DNA of 38,331 bases, from IMG/VR virus record IMGVR_UViG_3300005341_000003. One strand, given 5' to 3'. The DNA is from a virus. Positions 12,268-21,495 of the stretch are shown in pieces (positions within the stretch are counted from its first letter, which is position 1; each line of letters starts with the position of its first letter). The position numbers were made by a program, and so were the translations under genes. Under the pieces are notes generated by a model, which saw nothing but the letters and a program-made list of their open reading frames with translations, had not been told where the DNA came from and made no database searches.

Positions 12268-14160
12268 ATGGCTCGCGAACTTGTCGCACTGTGCATTGCG
12301 CTGCAGACCGAGCAGAAGCCGCGCAAGACGCGCTGCCGCGACGCAGCGAGCCGATACGAGATGCGTCGGCTGGGCGGCCTATCGCCGGGCGCGTACTACC
12401 GTTCCGGCGCCTACTCGGGCTCCGATGGCGGGGCATCGCTAGTTTGGCCCGAGGAGCGCAGCATCGCGAACGCCGCGCAGGCCAAGCTCGCTGGACAGCA
12501 AAAGCCGAAGGTCCAATTCGTCACCAGCGATTCGGACTGGCAGACCAAGCGCAAGAGCAAGAAGCTCGACCGGTTCGTCGAGGGGCAGTTCATGCAGGCG
12601 ATCGGCAGCTACGCCGACGTGTGGCAGCTCATGCTCCGCGTGTTCCTCGATGCCTGCGTGTTCCCGACCGGCGGCGCCGTCAAGGTGTTTGCCGACGAGG
12701 AGGACGGGCGCGTCAGCTATGAGCGCGTGTTCACCTGGGAGCTCTTCGTTGACCCGCTCGAAGCGCGCTATGGCCAGCCGCGTAACAAGTTTCACGTCTA
12801 CCCGTACGACCGCGACGAGCTGATCGAAAAGTTCCCCGAGCAGAAAGACGCGCTCGAGCGCGCCCCCGAATACGTCGAGGAGGGCGAAGCCGAGTGGACC
12901 GGCACGAAGCGCATCTCGAATCAGATCCGCGTGTGCGAGGCGTGGCGACTGCCGTTCAGCAAGAACAAGCCTGGGCGCCACGTGATCGCGGTGAATGATG
13001 CCGTGCTCGTCGACGAGGATTGGACCCGCAACGAGTTCCCCTTCATCGAGATCCATTGGTCGAAACACCTCGTCGGCTCCGATGGCACATCGCTTGTCGA
13101 GGAAGTCGCGAGCATCGCCGACGTGGTGAACGACACCGTTCAGCGGATGCAGGACTCGCACAAGCGCACGAGCATGGGCGTGCTCTGCTACGAGGAGGGC
13201 TCGCTGCGTGAGGAGGATCTCCGCACGAATGAGGATGGCATCAATCTGCGCAGCGCGCCGGGCAAGGCGCCGCCGACGTATCAGCAGCCCATCCCGTTCG
13301 GCCCGGCCAACGTGCAATTCCTGCAGATGAATCAGGCCGAGCTCCACGACATTTCCGGCGTGTCCGAGATGCTGACGAGCGGCGACAAGCCAGCGGGGCT
13401 CACGGCCGCCGTTGCGATTCGAGCAACCGAAGATGTCCAGAGCAAACGCTTCAGCGTCATTTATCGCTCGTACGAAGAGAGCTTCGTGTCGCTGGCTCGT
13501 CACACTGTGGCTTGCACTCGCGAGCTGTACGCACAAAACAAGAACTTCGAATCACGCTGGACCGGAAAGGGTTTTCTCAAGACCCTGAAGTGGCGTGACG
13601 TGGACCTCGAGGATGACCGCTACGTCATCCAGATCTACCCGGTCGGCGAGGTGAAGAACACGCCGGCCGATCGCCTGCAGCTCATCCAAGAGATGAACGC
13701 GGCGGGCAAGGTCAGCGACGAGAGCCTCATCGAGGTCATCAAGTACCTCGACTCCTCGAAGGAGCTCGAATCGGTCAGCCGCCAGCGCGAGCTCGTCGAG
13801 AGCTACGTAGACCAATGGCTCGACGCGACGCCCGAGGCCGAGCAAGAGGGCACGTTCCGCTACCGCCCGCCGATCCCGTGGATGCCATCGCTGCCCGATG
13901 CGCTCGTGCAGGTCGCGCAAGCGTACCTCGAGGCCGAGATGGACGACGTGCCGGATTTCAATAAGGACTTCTTCCTGCGCTTCATGCAGGAGGTCGACCT
14001 CGAGATCCAAAAGAAGGAAGCGCGCGCCGCCGCGAACGCCGCCGGCAAACCGATGGCGCCGCAAGCTGACATGGGCGCGCCCGGCGCTCCGGCCGGTCCG
14101 ATGCCGCCGCCCGGTCCGCCCGGCGCTGGCGCCCCACCCCCACTCCAATTGGTGCAGTGA
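12268..14160 (+). CDS. Portal protein (putative)
   Basis: 630-aa first gene of the structural operon, followed by scaffold and capsid genes. ATG 12268 has AAGGGAG 5 nt upstream. The ORF track's start at 12157 lacks an RBS. Confidence 0.72.
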   Translation: MARELVALCIALQTEQKPRKTRCRDAASRYEMRRLGGLSPGAYYRSGAYSGSDGGASLVWPEERSIANAAQAKLAGQQKPKVQFVTSDSDWQTKRKSKKLDRFVEGQFMQAIGSYADVWQLMLRVFLDACVFPTGGAVKVFADEEDGRVSYERVFTWELFVDPLEARYGQPRNKFHVYPYDRDELIEKFPEQKDALERAPEYVEEGEAEWTGTKRISNQIRVCEAWRLPFSKNKPGRHVIAVNDAVLVDEDWTRNEFPFIEIHWSKHLVGSDGTSLVEEVASIADVVNDTVQRMQDSHKRTSMGVLCYEEGSLREEDLRTNEDGINLRSAPGKAPPTYQQPIPFGPANVQFLQMNQAELHDISGVSEMLTSGDKPAGLTAAVAIRATEDVQSKRFSVIYRSYEESFVSLARHTVACTRELYAQNKNFESRWTGKGFLKTLKWRDVDLEDDRYVIQIYPVGEVKNTPADRLQLIQEMNAAGKVSDESLIEVIKYLDSSKELESVSRQRELVESYVDQWLDATPEAEQEGTFRYRPPIPWMPSLPDALVQVAQAYLEAEMDDVPDFNKDFFLRFMQEVDLEIQKKEARAAANAAGKPMAPQADMGAPGAPAGPMPPPGPPGAGAPPPLQLVQ

Positions 14161-15320
14161 TGCCAGGCGAAGAAGCAACCGAATCCACAGCCGCAAGCAC
14201 CACCGTTGCCCCTGTTGCTGCCCCCTCCGGAGGCGGCATCAAGACCGCAGCCGAGGTGATCGCGAAAGTCACGGCGCCCGAGACTCCCGCGAAGGACGCG
14301 AAGGGCAAGTTCGTCGCCGCCGCGAAGCCGACCGAGCCCGCGCGCCGCGTCGAAAAGCTCGAAGCCACAGCGAAGCCCACCGAGGCTCCCACGGCCGCGC
14401 CGGAGCCCGAAGACGACGCGAGCATCATCGCGAAGGCTCGCTTCCACCTGCAGCACGGCAACGTCGCCAAGTTCATCGACACCGTCGTCGGCGACATGAA
14501 CGCGGAAGGCATCCCCGATGCTGTGCGAGAGGCGCTCGGGCGAAAGCTCGGCGTGAGCTCGAAGCAGTGGGAAGAAATCCGCAAGTACGAGCAGGGCGCC
14601 AAGCGCAAGCTCGCGGCGCGCGAACAAGAACTCTCCGGCGTCGTCGAGCGGCTCAAAGCCGAGTATGCCCCGCTCCACCAGGCGCGCGCGGCTTACGAGG
14701 CCGGAGATTACGATGCGGCGTTCAAGGCTGCGTTCGGCGAGGACGCGGCCGACTACCAGCGCAAGATCATCTCGCAGCGGGTCGGCAAGAATCCCGAGAT
14801 CGAAAAGCTTCGCGCTGAGCTCGAGGAGCGCGACAAGCGTATCGCAGCGAAGGAGCGCGAGCAGGCCGAAGCGCGCGCCGCGGCTGAGCAAGCCGAAGCG
14901 CAGCGCGCCTACATGTCCGAGATGCAAGGGCAGCTCGTCAAGTCGGAAGACCCCGAGATCGCGGCGTACGCAACCAAGCCGCAATTTATTCAGCGCTGCT
15001 TCGCAGTGATGCAGCGCGTCTACCAGACGCAAGGCGTAGAAGCCGACCTGGCCGACGTGGTCGAGTATGTGCGCGCCAATCAAGTCTCTGTCGCGGAGGC
15101 CCGCTCATGGGCGCCCGCTGCTACTGCCGGGGCTGCCCCCGCGAATGCTGTCCGGGCCAGCGCACCGCCCGAGAAACCGCCCGCTGCGAAAGCACCGGCG
15201 CGCGCTCTCAAGCAATCGCAAGCCGCAGAGGCGACCGGCAAGCCGCGGAAAGAAACGTCAGCAGAGGTGCGGGAACGCTACCGACGCATGATGGAACAGT
15301 CCGACGAAGCAGCCGAATAG
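14157..15320 (+). CDS. Scaffolding protein (putative)
   Basis: Ala/Glu/Lys/Arg-rich and predicted coiled coil. It lies between portal and capsid. The start overlaps the portal stop (GTG 14157 or ATG 14160). Confidence 0.62.
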   Translation: MMPGEEATESTAASTTVAPVAAPSGGGIKTAAEVIAKVTAPETPAKDAKGKFVAAAKPTEPARRVEKLEATAKPTEAPTAAPEPEDDASIIAKARFHLQHGNVAKFIDTVVGDMNAEGIPDAVREALGRKLGVSSKQWEEIRKYEQGAKRKLAAREQELSGVVERLKAEYAPLHQARAAYEAGDYDAAFKAAFGEDAADYQRKIISQRVGKNPEIEKLRAELEERDKRIAAKEREQAEARAAAEQAEAQRAYMSEMQGQLVKSEDPEIAAYATKPQFIQRCFAVMQRVYQTQGVEADLADVVEYVRANQVSVAEARSWAPAATAGAAPANAVRASAPPEKPPAAKAPARALKQSQAAEATGKPRKETSAEVRERYRRMMEQSDEAAE

Positions 15321-15350
15321 CACGCCTTCACGCGGCCAGGGACAATCCCA

Positions 15351-16616
15351 ATGGCCTCAACTCTGGCGCAATTCGACGCATTTCTCAAAGACTACTACAC
15401 CAAAGACAAGATCGACGACCTGACCAAGAAGGACCGACCATTCTTCGGCATGGTCACGCGTGAGGAAGATCTCGGCGGCGATCAGTACGTCCACCCCTTC
15501 ATCTTCCAGAATCCGCAAGGCTTCGGCGCGACGCTCGCCAAGGCGCAGCAAGGTTCACAGCAAGGATCCGGCAACGGCAACTTGCAGGGCCGCAAATGGA
15601 AGGTCGCGTACGGCGACTACAGCGCGTCAGTCGAAATCGGCGACAAGGTCATCAAAGCATCGCGCTCGAACGTCGGCGCATTCCTCCGTGACCAAGAGAC
15701 GGAAATCAACGGCCTGTACAACGGTTTCGGCGACACCTTCTCGACGTACCTGTACGGCAACGGCGGCCAGGCGCTCGGCTCGTTCACCATCTCGAGCGGC
15801 GTGTGCACGCTCGTCAACGCCGATGACATCGTCAACTTCGAGGTCGGGCAAATCCTCGTCGTTTCCGCGAACGACGGCTCCGATTCCTCGCACATCCTGA
15901 TTGCCAGCTCTGCTCAGGGCTTCGTGGTCAGCGTCGACCGCAACGCGGGCACGTTCAGCGTTTCGGCGACTTCTGGAGGATCGGTGGCAACGCCGACCAA
16001 CTGGACTGGCACGATGTTCGGCTTCCGCGACGGCGACTTCGGCGGCTCGGGCGCGACGCGCATCTTGCTCGGGCTCGGCGCATGGATCCCCGCGGCGGCC
16101 CCGACCTCGACGACGTTCGAGAACATCAACCGCACGGTCGACTCCGCGCGCATGTCCGGCATCCGCCTGACGAGCGCGGAAATCGCGAGCGTGACGCTCG
16201 AGCAGCGCCTCAAGCGCCTGGTGACGCGCATGCGTGGCCGCAACTTCGGTCCCGGCCCGGACGCGGTGTTCCTGAACCCCGAGAAGTGGCAAAACGTGGC
16301 CGACTCGCTCGAGTCGCGCGGCTACCGAGAGATCGGCGCGAATGCCGAGTTCGGCTACGAGAACATCACGTTCAAGGCCGGCGGCAAGACGGTCAAGCTC
16401 TACGCGGATCCGTTCTGCCCGATCGGTACCGCGTTCGCGCTGAAGATGGACACCGTCAAGCTCGGTGGCCTCAGCAAAATCCCCGAGGTCGTCAATGGTG
16501 ACGGGCTCGAAATGCTCCGCAAGGTCGCGAGCAACGACTACGAATACCGCCTGGTCGCGTACCCGGCTTTCGTGGTTGCTGCCCCGGGCTTCTGCGGTCG
16601 CGTCGCAACGACCTGA
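15351..16616 (+). CDS. Major capsid protein (putative)
   Basis: 421 aa, directly after the scaffold gene. Composition and size are typical of HK97-fold coat proteins. No motif-level proof. Confidence 0.72.
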   Translation: MASTLAQFDAFLKDYYTKDKIDDLTKKDRPFFGMVTREEDLGGDQYVHPFIFQNPQGFGATLAKAQQGSQQGSGNGNLQGRKWKVAYGDYSASVEIGDKVIKASRSNVGAFLRDQETEINGLYNGFGDTFSTYLYGNGGQALGSFTISSGVCTLVNADDIVNFEVGQILVVSANDGSDSSHILIASSAQGFVVSVDRNAGTFSVSATSGGSVATPTNWTGTMFGFRDGDFGGSGATRILLGLGAWIPAAAPTSTTFENINRTVDSARMSGIRLTSAEIASVTLEQRLKRLVTRMRGRNFGPGPDAVFLNPEKWQNVADSLESRGYREIGANAEFGYENITFKAGGKTVKLYADPFCPIGTAFALKMDTVKLGGLSKIPEVVNGDGLEMLRKVASNDYEYRLVAYPAFVVAAPGFCGRVATT

Positions 16617-16625
16617 GGTGTAACC

Positions 16626-17015
16626 ATGAGTGCAAGCGCTGGCGACGTTCCTGCCTACGACCTGAAGTCGGGCAGGTTCGATCGCGTACACATGAGGATG
16701 CGAGCGACGATCGGCGCGGCCGGCGCCGTGCCCTCGCCGCTCACTTCGCAGGACGACCAGAACATGAGCGTCACACACGGCACGGTCGGCGTGTACGCGC
16801 TCACGTTCCCGCCTGCTGCAGACGCAGATGGGGAACTCGATGTGACGTTCATTTCCGCTGCAGGGACGATCAAGACGGCGTGGGTCACGGCGTTCTCGCC
16901 AACGACAGGGACCGCGTCCGTCACGTTCGGCAACGGTGGCGGAACGGCCACCGATCCCGCAAGCGGCGACACCGTCACATTCGCCTTCGTGCTGAACCGG
17001 ACGAAGCAATTCTGA
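16626..17015 (+). CDS. Head-associated protein, possibly a decoration protein (129 aa)
   Basis: Beta-rich Thr/Gly/Ala composition, immediately after the capsid gene. Confidence 0.5.
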   Translation: MSASAGDVPAYDLKSGRFDRVHMRMRATIGAAGAVPSPLTSQDDQNMSVTHGTVGVYALTFPPAADADGELDVTFISAAGTIKTAWVTAFSPTTGTASVTFGNGGGTATDPASGDTVTFAFVLNRTKQF

Positions 17016-17278
17016 TGGCCGGCATGCCAGGCATGGAGCCCGACGGCGATGAGCCGAAGGGCAAGAGCAAAGGCAAGGGCTTGGACATCGCCGTCATCAT
17101 GGGTGACAAGCCAAAGCTGGGAGACGGTAAACCAGCGGAGGACCGGGGCGGCGCGCTGCCTCCCGGGTTCGAGGCGGCGTTCTCCGAGGTGTTCCCGGAC
17201 ATGGCCGGGGACCAGGAAAAGATGGCGGCGATGAAGCGCCTCATCGGGACATGCATGAGCGACAGCGACGATTACTAA
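17015..17278 (+). CDS. Hypothetical charged low-complexity protein (87 aa)
   Basis: ATG 17015 shares a base with the upstream stop (TGATG). The ORF-track frame begins at 16880, but that extension is Arg/His junk. Confidence 0.5.
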   Translation: MAGMPGMEPDGDEPKGKSKGKGLDIAVIMGDKPKLGDGKPAEDRGGALPPGFEAAFSEVFPDMAGDQEKMAAMKRLIGTCMSDSDDY

Positions 17279-17297
17279 CCCACCGGAGTGATGCAAC

Positions 17298-18017
17298 GTG
17301 GCAAGAACCCGAACCCTGACCCAAATGCTGGCGGACGTGCGCTGGCAGGCAGATCAGATCGGGGCCACGTTGCGTCACACGGATCCCGACCTCACGCGCG
17401 CAATCAACCAGTCGATCCAGCGCTGGCGTGAGTGGGTGAGTGAACAGGGTTGGCCCCTGTATCTCACCCCATTTTCCAGCACTCTCACCGTCGGCCCCAC
17501 GGCGCCGTACGCCTTCGGTACGCTCGACATGTCCGGTTGGACGGGCGGACCGGTGCTGCACGTCTACCAGCTCGAGTGCACGGTGAACGGCCAGGTGCTC
17601 GACATTCCACAGATCCCATTCGAGCAGCGCAATCAATACCAGGGCATCTTCGGCCCGGTGCCGACCGGCGCGACGCAGAGCATCCCGGTCGGCTTCTTTC
17701 GATTCGGCAACAAGCTTGGCATCGTGCCGCCGCCGCAGTCCGCGTATCCATACACGGGCTGGTTCATGGGTCTTTTCCCGGACCTCGTCGCGGGCACCGA
17801 TACCTTCGATGGCATTGCCGGATGGGAGGAGTGGCTGAACTGGGACGTGCTCGTGAAAATCCTCGTGCGTGACCGCGAGGGCGGCATTTACGCGCTGGCC
17901 ACTTCGGAGCGCGACCGGCTTAAGGCCGAGTTCGAACAGCGACTGCGACAGGACCGCCCGAGCGTCACGCGACGCATCGACATGCGCAACATGCGCAACC
18001 GAAGGACGATGCTGTGA
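17298..18017 (+). CDS. Virion structural protein (possible head-tail adaptor or tail tubular A-like)
   Basis: 239 aa with GGAG upstream of GTG 17298. The call rests on its position between the head genes and the large tail gene. Confidence 0.55.
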   Translation: MARTRTLTQMLADVRWQADQIGATLRHTDPDLTRAINQSIQRWREWVSEQGWPLYLTPFSSTLTVGPTAPYAFGTLDMSGWTGGPVLHVYQLECTVNGQVLDIPQIPFEQRNQYQGIFGPVPTGATQSIPVGFFRFGNKLGIVPPPQSAYPYTGWFMGLFPDLVAGTDTFDGIAGWEEWLNWDVLVKILVRDREGGIYALATSERDRLKAEFEQRLRQDRPSVTRRIDMRNMRNRRTML

Positions 18018-18436
18018 CGCTGAAGCAGATCAATCAGTTCGCGACGGGTGACGCCGAAAAGCTCGGGCGCCAGCTGTCCGCGTTCGAGGACAATGTGCAC
18101 GCCGAGTGCTCCGATATCCGCTTGAACTTCGCGCCGGTGCTCGACGATGTGTCGCGCGTCGCGCTCCCTGCGCCAGCGCCGACTGCCTTCGCTTTACTGC
18201 CTGATCAGCAAGCGGTATTCGACACCACCCGGGGCAACCTCACCGCGATTTTGCCGCCTCTGTCGGCAAAGAACTTCGGTCGGCGCTTCGTAGTGATCAT
18301 GCGCACGGCGCGCAACACGCTGAACGTGATTTGCCAGGACTCAGCGGTGCGGCTCAATGGCAGCGCGTTTCCACTGGCCATCACAGCGACCGGAGTCACA
18401 GTTTTCTACTGCGACGCAGCGGGGTACTACAAGTGA
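18014..18436 (+). CDS. Virion structural protein, hypothetical (140 aa)
   Basis: GTGA coupling at both ends. Confidence 0.55.
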   Translation: MTLKQINQFATGDAEKLGRQLSAFEDNVHAECSDIRLNFAPVLDDVSRVALPAPAPTAFALLPDQQAVFDTTRGNLTAILPPLSAKNFGRRFVVIMRTARNTLNVICQDSAVRLNGSAFPLAITATGVTVFYCDAAGYYK

Positions 18437-21400
18437 GCGATCTGCTCCCGATCTTGTTCACCCGCGGGCAGAACGAGGGAATCGACCCGCGCGTCGCGCC
18501 GCCCGACGTGCATGTCGTCGCACAGAACGTGCGCTGGCGCAAAGATGGCCGCCCCGCGAAGCGCTACGGCTTGCGCTCAATCAGCTTGAGCGGGCTGAAT
18601 TCAGTGAGCGGCGGCCCGCAATACACGTCTTCGCCGGTCAACGCCATCACGCAATGGAGCGGCGCGCCGCTGCTGCTGCTCGGCTCCGGAGCTCGCCAGC
18701 TGAACGGAACGACTTGGACAGACGCGGACATCGCGTCTCGCAACGAGATATCGCATTGGGGCCCAGGCGAACGTTCGCCCGTGGCCATCTCCGACCAGAA
18801 AACGTTTGCGAACGCGTCGGTCGGATACTCGAGCGGGCTGCTGCTCTACGCCTGGGATGACGGGACAGTAACGTACACCTGCGCGCGCACCCCGAGCGGG
18901 TCGGTGGTCATTTCGACCACGGCATTCGCGACGGCCACCTACCCGCGCGTGGTGAGCACGAGCTCCTTTCTCTACCTGTTGACCAGGAACGGGACGACGC
19001 TCAACTGTACTACGTTCGACCCGACAACGGGTCTCCCGGGAGCGACAGTCGCAATCGGGACACTGAACAACGCGGGGGACTATTTCGACGCGGTCGGCCG
19101 TGGCAGCGATTTTGTGGTCGTGTACCAGAGCGCCGTCAACACACTGACGGTCAAGCTGCTCACTGCCGTATCTTCGCCGGCTGTGACGCAGACGCAGACG
19201 ATCGCGTCGGCCGATGTTGGTGTCCAGCATACGAAGATGACGATCGCCGGCACGAGCTCGAGCTCCGTGTTTGTTGCGTGGCTCGAAACGACGCTCGGCA
19301 CAGTCTGCTACGCGGCGCTGGCGAACGCGGTCACCTCCGTTTCGCTCACGCGCACCACGGTCGGCGCAGCGACGGTAAACAACGTCGACCAGCCCGGCGT
19401 GGTCATCGACGACGCGAACAACGCCGGCCTGTACTACGGTGGGCTGTCGGGCGGCGGCGCGAACCTGAGCTTCGTCTCAGTCGTCAACATCAGCGACTCG
19501 GGCAGCGTCGGAACGATCGCTGTTCACCAGTTTTGCCGGCTCGCCAGTAAGCCATTCAATGGGCCAGCGCAGGGCACGCTCGGCAGCCAAGACGGGCGAT
19601 ACGTGTGGGTGCACACGCACAATAGCGACGCAACGAACTCAGGAACGCTGTGGGACACGCAGCGCACCTTCTACTTGATGCGCATGAGCCGCGGCGCAAC
19701 GGACGTGACGTTTCGTCGCCAGCTGCACACGCCAAACATGGTCGGCTCGACGGGCTCATTCACGTCGCATTTGGTCGACGTAGTGAACACGTCAACAGGA
19801 TTCGGCACGAATACCGGGTTCTTCACGGTGCTGCTGAACACGGTGCGCTTCGGAAATGCGGCAGCCGAGTGTTACAGCGTCGAGAGCCTCTCATTTTTCT
19901 CGCTGTTCGTGACGCAGCGCTTTGCCGCGCGCTCGACCGTGCAAGCAGGGCGGGCGCTCCAAATCTCAGGCGGCGCGCTCGCGGAGTTCAATGGACTTTG
20001 CGAGGAGACCGGGTTCAGTAACTTCCCCGTCATCTTCAGCGTCGTTGGCGGCGGCGGCGGCGCCCTCTCGAGTGGCACTTACCTCTACGTCGCTGTGTTC
20101 GAATACCTCGATACGCAGGGACGCAGACACCGGTCGGCTCCGAGCGATCCGTTTACGTTCGCGAGCGGTGCCAATACCTCGGCCACGCTCCAAATCGAAA
20201 CGCTCATCGCGCAAAGCAAGGCGGCAAACGTATCGGTGCACGTGTACCGCACGCTGGTCGGCGGCACGACCTACCATCGCGTGACGCCGAACGTCGGCGC
20301 CCCGAACGCCTTCTCTGGCACCTTCGTCACGTACGTCGACTTGATGGGCGACACCGCCGCGGCCGCAAACGAGTTCATCTACACGGACGGCGGCGTCATC
20401 CCCAATCAGCTCCCCCCGCCCTGCACGTTCATGTGCCTCTGCAATGGGCGGCTGTGGCTCGGGGGGCAGCTCGATCGGTGCGTGCTCACGTCAAGCAAGC
20501 TGCTCGTCGATGGCGAGCCGACACAATTCGGCGACCCGAGCGACTTCGAATTCGAGGTGTTCCTTCCCGAGAATAACACCGGGCTCGCGTCGCTCGACGG
20601 CACACTCGTCGCTTTCGCCCGCGAGGCCATCTACCTGGTGACCGGCGACGGACCGGACGACCAGGGCGTCGGTGGCTACAATCCTCCGCAAAAGCTCCCG
20701 TGCGACGTGGGGTGCATCGATTGGCGCTCGGTAGTCGAGACATCGATCGGCGTGTTCTTCCAGTCGAAGCGCGGGATTTATCTGCTTCCGCGCGGGTTCA
20801 ACGCGCCTGTTTTCATTGGCGCCGAGGTAGAGGACACGCTCGCGTCGTTCCCGATCTGCAAGTCGGCGACACTTGTCTCGGCTCCGGCAAATGCTTCCGG
20901 ACAGGGCGAAATCACCGTTCGGTTCGTGATGACCGATACGGAAAACGGCGTGAATACCGCCTGCCTGGTGTACGACCTGAAGACTCAAGGGTGGAGCGTA
21001 GACACCAATATCGGTGTCGGCTCACAGGGCCCGGGCGGCACGTGGCTCGATACCTTCGTTCAGTCGGGCGCCAACACCGGCTCGCTCAACCTGCTCTTCG
21101 CAGAAGATCGCACGACGTACGCGATCAGCTCGACGTTCATTCCGACGAAGCTCGGTACGGGTGATATTCGGCCATTCGGTGTCGCCGGGTATGGCGGCTT
21201 TGACCACGTGGTGCTCGTCGGAGAATTCCGAGGCGCCGCGAACGTGAATGTGTCCGTGTCCGTAGATGGCGCGACGGCCGACGTTTACCCGTTCCAAGTC
21301 ACCGCGGCGGACGCGCCGGACGGCTCCGTGTATCTCGACGTGACACCGAAGGTCCGGCTCGGGTCGTCCATCCGCGTGACGGTGGTCGACGCGACGAGTT

Positions 21401-21495
21401 CCGGACCGACCGAGGGCTTCATCGCGCAGGCGCTGTTCATCGAGAGCGAGACGATCGGAAAGACGAAGCGGCTTGCCGCAGCGAGGAAAGCCTGA
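18433..21495 (+). CDS. Large tail protein (1020 aa; tail tubular B / nozzle-like, putative)
   Basis: GTG 18433 overlaps the upstream stop. It has a beta-rich Thr/Ser/Gly/Val composition. Size and position resemble podovirus nozzle proteins. Confidence 0.6.
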   Translation: MSDLLPILFTRGQNEGIDPRVAPPDVHVVAQNVRWRKDGRPAKRYGLRSISLSGLNSVSGGPQYTSSPVNAITQWSGAPLLLLGSGARQLNGTTWTDADIASRNEISHWGPGERSPVAISDQKTFANASVGYSSGLLLYAWDDGTVTYTCARTPSGSVVISTTAFATATYPRVVSTSSFLYLLTRNGTTLNCTTFDPTTGLPGATVAIGTLNNAGDYFDAVGRGSDFVVVYQSAVNTLTVKLLTAVSSPAVTQTQTIASADVGVQHTKMTIAGTSSSSVFVAWLETTLGTVCYAALANAVTSVSLTRTTVGAATVNNVDQPGVVIDDANNAGLYYGGLSGGGANLSFVSVVNISDSGSVGTIAVHQFCRLASKPFNGPAQGTLGSQDGRYVWVHTHNSDATNSGTLWDTQRTFYLMRMSRGATDVTFRRQLHTPNMVGSTGSFTSHLVDVVNTSTGFGTNTGFFTVLLNTVRFGNAAAECYSVESLSFFSLFVTQRFAARSTVQAGRALQISGGALAEFNGLCEETGFSNFPVIFSVVGGGGGALSSGTYLYVAVFEYLDTQGRRHRSAPSDPFTFASGANTSATLQIETLIAQSKAANVSVHVYRTLVGGTTYHRVTPNVGAPNAFSGTFVTYVDLMGDTAAAANEFIYTDGGVIPNQLPPPCTFMCLCNGRLWLGGQLDRCVLTSSKLLVDGEPTQFGDPSDFEFEVFLPENNTGLASLDGTLVAFAREAIYLVTGDGPDDQGVGGYNPPQKLPCDVGCIDWRSVVETSIGVFFQSKRGIYLLPRGFNAPVFIGAEVEDTLASFPICKSATLVSAPANASGQGEITVRFVMTDTENGVNTACLVYDLKTQGWSVDTNIGVGSQGPGGTWLDTFVQSGANTGSLNLLFAEDRTTYAISSTFIPTKLGTGDIRPFGVAGYGGFDHVVLVGEFRGAANVNVSVSVDGATADVYPFQVTAADAPDGSVYLDVTPKVRLGSSIRVTVVDATSSGPTEGFIAQALFIESETIGKTKRLAAARKA

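Noticed and set aside
12439-13536. 365-aa minus-strand ORF antisense to the portal gene. Similar long antisense or off-frame ORFs occur at 13860..15083, 15627..17009, 24209..25291, 26516..27682, 36562..37761 and 6657..7733.
   Set aside because: Their compositions are Arg/Ala/Gly/Pro-rich and low in complexity, which is typical of stop-codon-poor alternative frames in GC-rich DNA. They overlap genes with clear motifs or operon context, and they lack coupling or an RBS.
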